From the NCBI RefSeq assembly GCF_037042905.1, contig NC_087245.1:806001-870000 (forward strand): a stretch of DNA of 64,000 nucleotides, given 5' to 3'. Position numbers and translations under genes: made by a program. Under the pieces are notes generated by a model that was not told the DNA's origin, made no database searches, and saw nothing but the letters and a program-made list of their open reading frames with translations. Each line of letters starts with the position of its first letter. Within the stretch, counting starts at the first letter, position 1. This stretch comes from Lytechinus pictus (lineage: Eukaryota). This document shows positions 37,786 through 50,900 of this stretch, piece after piece.

Positions 37786-40700
37786 CCTTACTCACAGTCT
37801 GTTATTGTCGCTAAAGTCTTTACAATAAGAAGATTGGGCACTTTGCCGACATCGCGTAATGCTTTGCATCGATTTACATGTATAATAGTCTTTGTGCCTA
37901 GTCTTTTCTATGTAGTGTCTTTAATATGTAGATAAAACATGCGTCCTTTAGCTAGTTAGACGAACAATTTTGGAAATTAAAGACGGATCCATATTTTATA
38001 AACCGGAAGAGAAATTAGTGCTTAAATGAAGCTATTTGAGGGATATTGATGATATTTAGGGTGAATTGACTTCACATCTTTTCGTAAGTTTGTCATGTTC
38101 ATAGAAGGCCGGACTTGATTTTATAGAAACCTCTTTTAAATTTGTGGGATTGCCTACCTCGAGTGAAGTTTGTGCAGGCTCCACTCCACTTCACTATTGC
38201 TACACTACGCTCCACCTACCCAAACTTTGAGACCGTGAACTGGATCTGTCGATCTGATATTCCGAGTGACAAAAAGTGGGATCTTATGGGGGGGGGGGGA
38301 TATCAAATTCATGCAACATCACGCTCTTTAAAAAAATTAAAACTAATATTCTTCCTGCACACAAAGTTTCAGTTCTTCTCCATGCCTCTATCCGTCTCAA
38401 AATTGATGATTTAGAGCCAACATGAAGTTTCTCACATAGATGGCGGCGTAAACATCGGGCAAGTCTCTTCCGTCTAATCATGATATTTTTCGCATTTTTT
38501 GGAATGAATTTATTCTTCAAAAATAACGACGAGAGCGTAGAAATGTTGGAAATTAAGTTTTATCCCATGTACATGATTTAGGTCTAACGTTAGGCTAGAT
38601 CTTTTAGAAGGAAAGTAGAAATCTCGGGGCCGGGGGTGAAAGTTTCAAGTTTTGGCTTCCTCTGTGTGGGTATATGAGAAAGGATCCCTGGCTTCATATG
38701 AGAGTGACCTTACGAAGTTACGTTAGTAAATGATTTTCACTCTCTAGAAGCCGCCTGGCTAGGCCTACAGCCATTCCCGATCACGATATTTTGAAAAGTG
38801 GTGGATATTATTGACTTCAAATGTGACTGAGTCTGAGAGACTTGTCATGACATTTGGGAACAAATATTGGTGATGAGGTATGCTGGTATTAATCGGCCGG
38901 TGCGAAACTGCATTAGCGCCCACCCCTGACCTGGCTACAATCATGACAATACAAACATCCTCACCGCCGCCATCAATATACTACTAACTTAGCCAGCCGT
39001 TGGCCGTCCCCGGCCGCGCACACCGCAGATCAGCCCCCACCCGATAAGCGATCGGGAACAACGGCAGTGCAGTGGCCGTACGGTAATGATTAAAAAGTCG
39101 AAGAAATTTAAGTGCTTGCCGCGCCAAACTACGAAAAATGGATCTAACTTACTGTTTAGCCTGTTGTGTGAATGTCTTAAGAAGTCGTTGTCCGAATCTG
39201 ATCCATATTCTGTTAGTTTTTGTTGAAATATTGACGGCCTTCTTCATCAAGCTTCGGGTTCAGCTGAGCAGTTACGAACGTTTTTTTTCAAATGGCGGAA
39301 CCGGAAACACGTATACGGTACAGTCCGTGCGTTTGTACGTTTGTACGGGGAGCTCGGAGGGGGGGGGGGGGGTCTTACTTTTTACTTGGAAACCAGACAA
39401 TTTGACTATTTTCGCCATCATTTATATATCATATTATTAACGTAAAGGAATTGAATAAAGTAAAATTCAAATATTTATTTCTTCTTCCTTTCTTTTTCTT
39501 TTCTATGTCTTTTAATTTTTTTCTTTCTCTTTATTCTTTTTTTTTAATATAAGGATAGGATTTAAAAACATGTCTCACAATTTTACTGAAAATATGTTAT
39601 ATAGGCCTACTAGTATGCAAGTAGGATGACAAAGAAAGCAATGAGGAAAATCACAGCTCCAATCCTATGTATTTTTAATTTTATTTCTTTTCAAAAACAC
39701 ACATTTTATCCTTTCTTGCGATCGAAGGAAAGATCCCTTTATAAGGTTCAAGTAGTAAAAGAAAATAATCTTAGATCAAGTGCCGGCAGGGTATTTTGAT
39801 AAGGGGTGGAGGAGCAAGACAAGCAAATATAAAGATACCATTTTGAAGCGAAACATAAGAAAAGATAATAACTTTGCCAACGAGGTAAAAAATAATATGA
39901 TATCGGTTGTGACACTTTAAGGATGGAAAATAGTTTGAAAATATATAGATACAAACTTCATACAAATTAGAAAAAAAGAAGCAAAATAAACTGCCATCAT
40001 ATGTGAACAGAGATACAAGATTGTTCTTGCAATTAAAAAACATATTTACAAACTATATATAGCTTCGCATCATAAAAATAGATTGAAAATATCCAAATTT
40101 ATTTGATTTAAAAAGAAATAGATATAAACCAGCCTGGCTAACATATTGCAAGGTGGCAAAGATATAAACCGGGGATATAAAGCAAAAAATAGGCCTTAAA
40201 ATGGAAATTAAATATCCTATTTTTAGTTTATCCTATTCCACCTGTAAAAAATATTGTGAATAGGAGAACAAATATTGAAGTAATTTTATTTATAATAATA
40301 TATTTGTAAGAAAATAGGTCCTTTTTACTAAAAAAAAATAAATAAAAAAATAGATGGGAAACTTGGAAAAATGTATTTTCTCGCAATAAAAACTTTAAGG
40401 GGCCAGAATCGCATTAAAACTTGGTTATGAAACGTGTAAAACAAAATCTTAGATAGCATTTAAACTGAGATTTATTTTTTAATCAACATTCAACGCTGAA
40501 CTTTCTTATGTTAATTGTTTATCAATATTTTGTGAAAACAGATAGTGTGCACATCGTCATGAATATTCATTTGGTGGGCTGATGATGTGACATTCCCATT
40601 TTTCTTTTTTAATGTTAGATATGAAATTATGATTATCTATTTTTTCAATACATGTGTAAATAATGTGTCCCCATTGTAAAGTTGCTGCATTAAATAACTA

Positions 40701-42229
40701 ATGCGGTTAATTAGTCGTCATTCCAATTGTTTAAGTTCTTGGTAGAAATATGTTGAATAAATCTAATTTCATATATTGTACAAAAGAACATGGGATATGA
40801 CATCATCAGCCCACCTAATGAATATTCATGAGACATGCCTAAATAAAACTGTTTCATGGGAATATTGCAAATCCTTAAAATTCAACTTAACTTCGTTATT
40901 TGTCATCCGATTTTGAATAAATTTTAAGCATTTTGTTTTGTGAATTTTACTCTATTTATTGATTATCTCTAGCGTTGACCTCCCCTTCAATTATTTTCTT
41001 GTATTGTTAGAAAGAGATGGATGAAGTAGAATAATACGTTCATGCTTATATTTTTATTCATTACAATATCTCTTTGAAATTCAACCCGGCTTCCTCACAA
41101 CCATTAAGCTCTAAGAGTGTTAGGTGTGTCCTGTATATTTCAACACGTACCCTTTTAAATATAGTCATTTTTTTATTATTCATCCTGTTTTTTATGAAAA
41201 ATAAGTGGCGAACAAACAAAACAAAAATGATAATTGAAATTTAAAAGAGCGCATGAAAAAGAAATAACCCTGAAAACGAACAATAGTCCTCAAAATATAA
41301 GTTGCCCATTTTGGGGTCAATAATTTTTCGCATTTTTCAGTTCGCGCTTTGCTCCTAGTTTTGATCTAGTACGTATAGTACCCTTTCTCGTAGAAATAGA
41401 AGCTATCAAACTTAAAACCTCTGAGTCTCAGTAGGCATAACCCCCCCCCCCCCTCGCTGATATAGACCTACACAATGGGACAGGGTGAAATATAATTTTG
41501 AAATAGGGCCTATATGTCACAATCTAGCTATCACAAAATTAAATTTTCATATAAAAAATTGTACTTTTTAAAATGAATGGTGCCCTTTTAAGCCATATGG
41601 CCTTCTAAAAATATAAGACTCAATACGCTACTGACCTCTCCCGAAACTGAAAAAAAAGATAAATCCCTCACTGGAAATAAAAAAATTAGTCTGTGGTACA
41701 AACAGGGCTTCCATACAAGTACTGAAGGAAACTAATTTTTTCATGTACTGTACCACAGAAAATACACCAGTAGCGTCTGTGATACAGTTTCAGTCATATT
41801 TCTGGGGTGGCTGCATGAGAAGTACCGCAGGAAATTTTGAAAGTATAGCACTGGGGTTGCCATAGAATTTTAGAAGTGCCTATATTGAGTCCTGCAGGAA
41901 ATTTCAAAATTTTCATTTACCACAGAAGTATCACAGGGTTTTCATAGAAGTGTCTTTAATAGGATCGAGTACTGCAGGAAATTTCAAAATGTTCATGTAC
42001 CACAGAAGTATCACAGGGTTTCCATAGAAGTGCTTAGTAATAGGAGTACTGCAGGAAATTTAAAAAATGTTCATATACAACAGAAGTATCGCAGGGTTGT
42101 CATAGAAGTACTGCAGGATATTTTAGAATTTTCATGTACAACAGAAGTACGACATAACTATCACAGAGTGATATTGTATACAGTTATGTACAACAGAAGT
42201 ATTACACAGGTACGACAGAGTACCATTAA

Positions 42230-42800
42230 GGTATTGCATGAAATTTTCATATTTTTATGTACCACAGAAGTAGAACTATCACAGAGTGATACCACAGGAG
42301 TCCTGTAGTAATTCCTTATACAGTTTTGTACAACAGAAGTATCACACAGGTACGACAGAGTACCATTAAGGTATTGCATGAAATTTTCATATTTTTATGT
42401 ACCACAGAAGTATGACAGAACTATCACAGAGTGATACCACAGAAGTCCTGTTGTAATTCTATATACAGTTTTGTACAACAGCAGTATCACACAGGTACGA
42501 CAGAGTACCATTAAGGTATTGCATGAAATTTTCATATTTTCCTGTACCACAGAAGTATGACAGAACTATCACAGAGTGATACCACAGAAGTCCTGTTGTA
42601 GTTCTATATACAGTTTTGTACAACAGAAGTATCACACAGGTACGACAGAGTACCATTAAGGTATTGCAGGAAATTTTCATATTTTCCTGTACCACAGAAG
42701 TATGACAGAACTATCACAGAGTGATACCACAGAAGTCCTGTGGTAATTCTGAGGTACCGTCGTGTATGACAGAAGTATCACACAGGTACAACAGAGTACC
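42230..42800. repeat. ~119-bp tandem subterminal repeats of the CACTA-like element
   Basis: Near-identical units gtattgcatgaaattttcat...cacaggtacgacagagtaccattaag repeated 4-5 times. Confidence 0.85.
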
Positions 42801-43956
42801 ACTAAAGTACTGCAGGAATTTTTTGTAAGGGTGGGTCCACACGCAACACAACACTACACACTGGCACCAAAAACCAACCTATTAGGTATGCAATACACAA
42901 CCAATGGTCGTGCACAGTTGCACTGGATCTAACGTCAAACCCGGAAATGATCGGGCGGTCTAACTGGTTAGATCTCGATAATTACCGTGAATTCTACCCA
43001 GCTTCGAGTACAAAACGTTCCCCCAAAATTTGGACAAAACACCCTAAAACACCACACAAAATTCAAAATATCCGAAATAGGCAGGCGAGAGAGGATTGGG
43101 ATAATGCCCTACCTTTGTTGGTCAGTCTGGCCTCCCGTCCTACTCGCCCAAATAATCGCCGTTGTTTACCCGTATACGTGCGATGGATTGGTCCGGCCTG
43201 ACGTCAGTTCGGATCTCAAACTAGACCCAAACGTTGAGCCGACGATGTAAAACAAGATGGCGCCGGTCGGTGGCAGAGAGAACCAATAATATCTCTCCGC
43301 CAATAGATCGCCGTGAAATCTTGGATCGGGCCGCGCGCTTTTACCTAGCCGGAACACACACACTCTTACGCACCTCTCACCCCAACAAAAATAGTTCACT
43401 CACAAATCACTCGCAAAACGACACAAAAATCATCCAAACACCCAAAATCACAAGCAAATCACACAATCACACCAACGTGAAACACAGTCCACAACTAAAA
43501 ACGGATATTAAAGCACAAAACTAAAACAAACTCACAACACAACAACACGTGTGTTCTCCCCCCCTTTCTGGAAATTTCCGTCACGGGACCGGAACTACCA
43601 TCAGTCCCCGCGACGAAAACCTTACCAAAAAAGACAGGGGACGATTGCCTAAATATGTCCCAAATCAAGATTTAACCTCTCAATTCAGGACAATCGCAAA
43701 CATGAAACAAGGGACAATATTCATAGAATATACGCAATACGACAAGGCTCTGAATCTAGCCTTATCAACTGTAATTAGCCCAATCTAAAACTGATTTCTC
43801 GTACTCGAGCGGCGACCATTTCCCCCCACGCAGCGGGGCATAGGGATTTGCTCGTCCGATGCGCAATAGGGGGCCGTTAGCTCGCCGCGAGACAATTATA
43901 CCCCAATTAATTTCAATAATTTGGCCTAAAATGCCCACAAAAGCAGGCACAGTCAG

Positions 43957-43969
43957 GCTCGCAGCGCCA
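43957..43969 (-). promoter_or_regulatory. Primer-binding site (probably tRNA-Ser)
   Basis: TGGCGCTGCGAGC 1 nt inside the 5' LTR; complementary to a ...GCUCGCAGCGCCA tRNA end. Confidence 0.8.
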
Positions 43970-43970
43970 C

Positions 43971-44206
43971 TGTAGCGGTCGCGCCCCCAGCTTGACCACT
44001 AGGTTGATACCTGAAGCTAGAATATAAGGAATAAGTCACTAACCAGTATTTTCCTGGAGTGATGTCCTAGTTCCTGTCTATTCCGTGTGAGTTCAGCTTC
44101 AAATACGATGATCCAAGGGATCCAACGTCCTCCAGCGTCTAAAAGGGGTCCAGCGCCATCTCCCGGTGGAAGACCTATATGGGGGGTGGGGTGACTTACT
44201 ACAACA
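43971..44206 (-). repeat. 5' LTR (236 bp)
   Basis: tgtagcgg...ctacaaca, identical by eye to 25615-25850. Confidence 0.95.
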
Positions 44207-44701
44207 GTAACTTACTTTTATTCCTATGGAATGTCATTAGAATAGTATTGATGTTCCCTCCAAGATTTTCCGCTCCAATGAAGTTCACTCAGAAACCATG
44301 ATTTCGAACATCAATTCTATAAACAGATAATTCTGTCTAGCTATTTCGTTTCAGAAACTTCAAATTCGCAGAGTCCAAAAGAACGACACTTCGCACAGTT
44401 ATCGTAGGGAATTGTGGGACGGAAAAAAATGTTTAATGCATGAGTACATGAATAAAACATTAGCGTTTAATCCAATCATACAAGTGCATTATGCGTATTT
44501 TGACGTCATTCTCATGAATAAAACATTGACCCTCCAAAATAATCCTTCAAATTGTCCGCCGGCAGCCATGTTGGCTATGTACAAAACCTATGGGAAATAA
44601 AAACGCGCGGAAAGAGTTCCCTCTCTAGCTCCCTTCGGGAGCTTATACGTAAGATCGTATCTCTGTGACCCCGTACCACCACCACGCCCCCAGCTGATCA
44701 C

Positions 44702-46596
44702 CAGGGGCCTGTTGCATGACGAGATGAGCGATACGTAGGAACGTCCTAGGACCATTCTTCCGAGATAGGAAGATTGGCGACAAATCAGCGCTTTCCGTTT
44801 CACGAAGGCAATTTTGTCTTCCAAGTCCGCGACATCGTTTGATATCGATAGTATCGGAAAAATATTTAGTCTTCATCGTCACCTGAACCTTTTATTTCTG
44901 AATGACGACTTTACATAAAATCCGATATTTCAATAAAAGGAGATCAAATAATGTTTTATTTATTACTGATAGTAGAATTGATGTATGGAGCTTACTTTAT
45001 GAGGTTAAAAGAGAAAAAAACTTTAAAGATTCACAAACATAACTAAATAAAATCGAAATTTTCATTATTTCCCTTATTTAGAACACGGTGTCTTTTTAGA
45101 GACACCTTTTATTGATATTTCAACGAAAGAGACCCTTGTCCGACATAAAAATTGATTTAACTAGGTAATTTCGACATTTATGAGTTCAATATTCTGTATT
45201 TTTATAGAATACTTGTATATAATGATAATTTTGCAAATTATGCGTTAATATGTTATTTGTTGAGGTAAATATAGGGTTTGAATGGAGTAAACAAAATCAA
45301 CAGTGTCTGATTGTATGAGACTAAAAAGGAAAATATGAGAGGCTGCGTGTGAAAAATCTAATTTATTTATTTTATTTGTCAGATATAACGCAAGAAATAC
45401 AAATGTGAGTGTTTAGAGTATAAACATACCTCAGTTGCATGATGAGTAACAGAAGAAAATGAAAATATGAAAATTGCTGCAAACATGTCCAAGTGGATAA
45501 AGTAGTACTTTGCAATAATAATTAAAACATAGAAAAGGGTGTGAATCACTCCGCAATGGAAAAATACTTTTACAGAAATAATGCTAAATATGACAACGAT
45601 CATAAACGCTGGTCATATTTAAAGATGATCACTTAATTTATGGAAGTTTATATAAGAATATAAGGTTTAAGAAATAACATAAAAGATTTAAAATGCGCCT
45701 CTTCGTATGGACTTTCCATAATCTTTTCTTTAATGAACTTATCTTCATTTGTAATGATTGTGATGGATTCGTAAGCTATAGGCTTAATTTGTATCTTAAA
45801 TTCAATATTAGCTGCAGGTTTTTTGTTTTGTTTCACTGTTTCAAATCCAACAATTAATTTTCATTGATTAAAATAAATCTCAGCAAAAAAAATAATTATA
45901 ATGAAAATAAAATAAAAATAAATAAATGATTTAGCATGTTTAACATCTTAGTTTTGTTTGTCTTGTTTTTTTTTTGCTGAATGTTATTGAACACGTTTTT
46001 TACCTTACATAATTTCTTTTAAAGAAATTTGTTGTTTATCTTTAATGAGAAAGCATGACTGGGGTCGGCTAAAGAGATATAGTGCCGCCCATTTCAAGTA
46101 TTTCAAGTTTATTTTTTTAATAGAAAAGGGGTGGGGATAAGACGGAGGGAGAATAGAAGAAAACATATTATTTAAAAAAAATATTTGGCCCTATACATTA
46201 CCCCCGGGAATAATACATGTACCCCGGAGAAGTTAAAATGACATCCGTTTTTGGTCGTCCTGTCGTGCAAAAAGACGACCTGAAATTGATGACAACTATA
46301 GAACCCATATAAAACATAGCTTGGCACCATCCCAGATAAAATGCATCAGAGTGCAACCAAAAAAAATGTTTAGAGGTGATATGTCAGTGTGGCTTGCCGT
46401 AAATGCATTTTCTCTCAATGCCGACGGTGGCGGGCGGTGTGCAAAGAAGATCATGCCTACGTAGGACATGTCTGGAGGTGTCTTTCCAAGGACCATTCTT
46501 CGTATCGCCCAAATCGGCTTTGTGAAACAGTTGAGCGATATCTCGTTCTTACGTAGAATGGTTCTACGAAAGACCCTTTCATGCAACAGGCCCCTG
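44702..46596. mobile_element. Harbinger-like non-autonomous element
   Basis: caggggcctgttgcatga / tcatgcaacaggcccctg TIRs; aggaccattct subterminal motif at both ends. Confidence 0.75.
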
Positions 46597-46626
46597 ATTG
46601 CTCCGAAGATGGTGAAGCCGGTATCG

Positions 46627-47711
46627 GGCCGCGCGCGTATGAGTCGCCGATTGTACCAATATTATATAGAACAATTATTTGTTATATAATCATTATTTAT
46701 TAAATAATAACTATTATTTATATATAATTTACATTTTATTTGTAAATAACTACTATTATATAAAATAACGTTTCTAATTATTTATATATAATTCCAAGTA
46801 ATACTTCATTATTTGTAAATAATAATAGTTCGACATTCCATTATTTATAAATAATGATTATTTGTTTTTCATTATTTATAAATAATGATTATTTGTTTTT
46901 CATTATTTACAAATAATGATTATTTGTTTTCATTATTTATAAATAATGATTATTTGTTTTTTATTATTTATAAATAATTATTTTCGTTTTTCATTATTTA
47001 TAAATAATGACACTACATACTTCATTATTCATAAATAATTGCAATTCGTTTTTCCACTATTTATAAATAAGTTTTCTATTATTTATAAATAATAATTATT
47101 TATTAACAATGCCAGTGCACATTTCTTTATTTATAAATAATTTGTTGAGTTTTCCATTATTTATAAATAATGATTATTTGTTAAATAATGAATACGTCTA
47201 CTTCATTATTTATAAATAATGAAAAACGAAAATCATTATTTATAAATAATAAAAAACAAATAATCATCATTTATAAATAATGAAAAACAAATAATCATTA
47301 TTTATAAATAATGAAAAACAAATAATCATTATTTGTAAATAATGAAAAACAAATAATCATTATTTGTAAATAATGAAAAACAAATAATCATTACTTGTAA
47401 ATAATGAAAAACAAATCATCATTATTTATAAATAATGAAAAACAAATAATCATTATTTATAAATAATGAAAAACAAATAATCATTATTTATAAATAATGG
47501 AATGTCGAACTATTATTATTTACAAATAATGAAGTATTACTTGGAATTATTTATAAATAATTAGAAACGTTATTTTATATAATAGTAGTTATTTACAAAT
47601 AAAATGTAAATTATATATAAATAATAGTTATTATTTGATAAATAATGATTATATAACAAATAATTGTTCTATATAATATTGGTACAATCGGCGTCTCATA
47701 CGCGCGCGGCC
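46627..47711. repeat. ~1.1-kb AT-rich palindrome / foldback element
   Basis: ggccgcgcgcgtatgag(t/a)cgccgattgtaccaatattatatag... arms inverted over several hundred bp; internal 29-bp tandem cattatttataaataatgattatttgtttt. Confidence 0.9.
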
Positions 47712-47822
47712 TATCGATATCTGGCATGCATCGATTGTGAGGCCGGTGTCGGTACGTAGGTACTGTACATAGACGTACTGTACTATTACTGGGGACTAGT
47801 ATTAGCTGGCTGATTGAGAAAA

Positions 47823-47991
47823 ATGGCGAATCTCAATGTTAGGAGTCATAAAGTGGATGCAAGATCCCCTCCAACTGTAAATATCAATCCCGATATTGCA
47901 GAAGAGAGGAGAAATGCAAAATTTGATCCAGTAGAACTTACTTATGTGATTGATGGAGGAAAAGAAAAAACAGAGAGGCGTCGATTTTTAG
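47823..47991 (+). CDS. ACOX1: Peroxisomal acyl-CoA oxidase 1-like, exon 1
   Basis: aaaATGG; MANL...INPDIAEERRNAKFDPVELTYVIDGGKEKTERRRFL matches the ACOX N-terminus; g|gtgagt donor. Confidence 0.88.
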
Positions 47992-50900
47992 GTGAGTTCA
48001 TTTTTCTTCCTGACTCAGTCTCAGTACCGTACGGTACGGTACGTACCGGTACCGTAATGCACTGGGACTCTCGTGGGAGAGAGGGACCATGGCATGTGGT
48101 AGTCTGCAGGCACAGACCCTGATTGGAACTTTGATCAATAAGTGTGCCTCCACGCAAAGACTAGCACATACAAAACTAGCTGTTGAGCGAGAGAGCCTTC
48201 AGTGCACAAGGCATGAGTAGGCTGCACATTCAGACTCTTAACTCGAGTGAAGGGTTTGCCCAGCAGACTAGGCATGGGGCGGATCGCGGGACCAGGACTG
48301 CAATTGTTGATGCAGTGGGTAGCAGTACTACCAGTAGCACTGCCTCTAACGGTTAGCAGCCCCCAAAATGAAGTTTTTGTTTGATAATTATATTCTTTTG
48401 TGCATATACCGGTATCTGTAACTGTTTGTGAGATTAAGCAAACAATTTACAATGTCATTTATATTTTCTGAGATTTATATTTAATAAAACAACAAAAACA
48501 GTAGGGCCTATTACGTATTAAGTTACTTAAATCCAAAGCCAAAGGACGTTCCACAGTTAAACCTGTCAACTCTCAGTAACCTGCCTGTCTTTCAATCCCC
48601 CTGGACTTGACATTTACCAGACTCATAGACTCAACTTTTGCAGTGATACCTGCCAATCTCCGAACAGCGGAGGAACTGAAACGAGAGAGAGAGTTAAAAT
48701 GAAGTCCATGTCATTTTCACAAAATTTTGCAGAGAGTTACTTTGGTATCTATCCATTATGAAAATGCAAAAAATGATATAGGTTCATGTGCTTATTTTTT
48801 TCTACGGGTCTTCAAAGTCGCCGTATTTCAATGATATGCAATCTTGCGCAATCAAGAGAATTATGCCTCTCTTAGACCTCACGAATTCACCAAATGAGTT
48901 TAAATCATCTTTACTCAGTGGCATCAAACTTCATCAAATTTTCAAGATATATAAAAAGTGTATACCAAAGTAAGAGTCTTTTAATTGGTAAAACTATATC
49001 TATTTGGAGTCAGCAGCACCCTCATTTGGCAAGAATGGTGCAAAAACTCGGAAAAAAACAAATCTTCAAAGACGTGAATCTACTCAAAAATTAACAAGTA
49101 TTTTGTAAGCTGCACTTTTTTCAAAATCCATGTCATTTTCATCAAATTTGGCTAAATTGTAGAGAAATGCATATCGAATGTGTAGGGAAGTTAAAATAAT
49201 GGGGTCCAGATATGCTTGTTTTTTAACTATGACAGTATAAGTGTCCAGAGTGATGAGAGTTGGCATGAAAATCACCCAAAATGCGTCCAAACTGCAAAAG
49301 TCTAATAATGCCGTCTAAAATGCGAATGGTTTCGAAGTTTTGCCCCCAAACATTCAAAATCCATGTCATTTTCATCGTACTCTCCAGATTTGTAGAAGAA
49401 TATATTTTGAAGACATTAAAATATTTAAAAAATGGGGTCCATGTGCTCGTTTTTAAACTATTGGGCCCGAATTCACAAAGGTGGTTTTTGCAGAAACCAT
49501 GGTTTCAACCGTGGGTTTTGCTGATTTTGGTATTCACAAAGGTGGTTTCAAATGAAACCATGGTTTCAACCGTGGGTTTTCGGCATGATTTTGAGTCAAC
49601 TGTTTTAGGTGGTTTCAAACCGTGGGTTTTAGAAAAACCATGGTTTTTAGGCACATTGACCAATCACAGAACAGTATTTCGGTACATTGCTGATCAAGTG
49701 GAGATAGACGACGATAAATAGATTTACACGAAAAAAAAAAGAAGCGAAGCGTCAACATCGGTATTTGCCGAGCTGTGCGAACATCGTGAGTAATTTACCA
49801 TTTTATAGTGACGATTAATATTTTTTTCTTCGTCTGTATGTATTTTTTTGTGAAGAAATATTATAATTAATGCTGTAAATGCATGCAGAGTTAGGAGCGG
49901 AACGGTGGACTTGTGACAGGAAAAGCACTATCGCACGCAAGTTATTATCCAGTCCCACGCGTGTACTTTTGTGTCCTGTCAAAAGATAATGAAGAGCTCT
50001 CCGTACAGACTCGCTCAGCTCAGCTCTATAAATAATACCCAGTCGAGTCCCAGGGTCAGGGAGCTCAGCTCAGGAGAAGCGATGCATGACAAAGCCGCCA
50101 AAGTTGTCAGAATTTCAACCACGATTGTGCAAATTCAACAAAATTATATTCTTAATTTAGGCCTAGGCCTATACCTTAGTTTCATATGATTTTTTAAGTA
50201 TAAATTAAAGTAACTGCAGTGCACAATTAACTAAAGTTACAGGCATCAATTATTAATTGGGCATGTTTGTATTGTTAATGTTAATGTTATATATTTTTCA
50301 AAATTCACTTATTCAGATCCAACTGGAGAAATGTTGGAACTAGATCTAGCCTCGACATGCTCGAGGACTCTGTCTCTGATGATATTTTTATAATTTTGAG
50401 TTGACAGTGTCTTTTCATCATGATCATGGAGCCAGAGCCCTAGCTACGTTAGACACGCGTGCCGTTAGGCATGTTATTGTTAGGCTAGCTAGGGCAGGCC
50501 TGCCTCACTCACACCATGAACCGCGTTTGGCAGTGGATTTCTAACTAGTGGGTCGCGCGTGCTGGGATCTCACTTCTGGTGTCCACAACACACGACTTCT
50601 ATGGCTTGATTTTTCTGTGCGCGGCGGCATGTAATGAACCCTTGGGTGGGCCTGCCTAGGGCTGAGTCAGTCAGTGTGTGTCGAAAAAGTTGGTATAAAT
50701 GTCAATGATGGAAATCCCCTTCAATATCCTCATCACTGCCAATTGGTTAGATACACTGAATTGAATTAATTTGAATCAATTTTTATACCTTTTTACCACC
50801 TAAACTATAAAATATTTGTTATTCATTTTATATGCTTTAGTAAAGCATATAAAATGAATAACAAATATTTTATAGGGCCTAAATAATGAAAACACAAAAA

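Larger units (their letters stand above)
30878..42831. mobile_element. CACTA/EnSpm-like non-autonomous DNA transposon (~11.95 kb)
   Basis: 26-bp TIR cccttacaaaaaattcctg(t/c)agtact, 2-bp TSD TG, ~1-kb subterminal arrays of gtactacagg/gtatcacagg motifs at both ends. Confidence 0.85.
25615..44206 (-). mobile_element. Gypsy-type LTR retrotransposon, non-autonomous (gag-pro only), with nested 12-kb insertion
   Basis: Two 236-bp TG...CA LTRs, GTAA TSD (25611-25614, 44207-44210), PBS, PPT, Gag and protease ORFs; no RT/RH/IN ORF seen. Confidence 0.95.
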
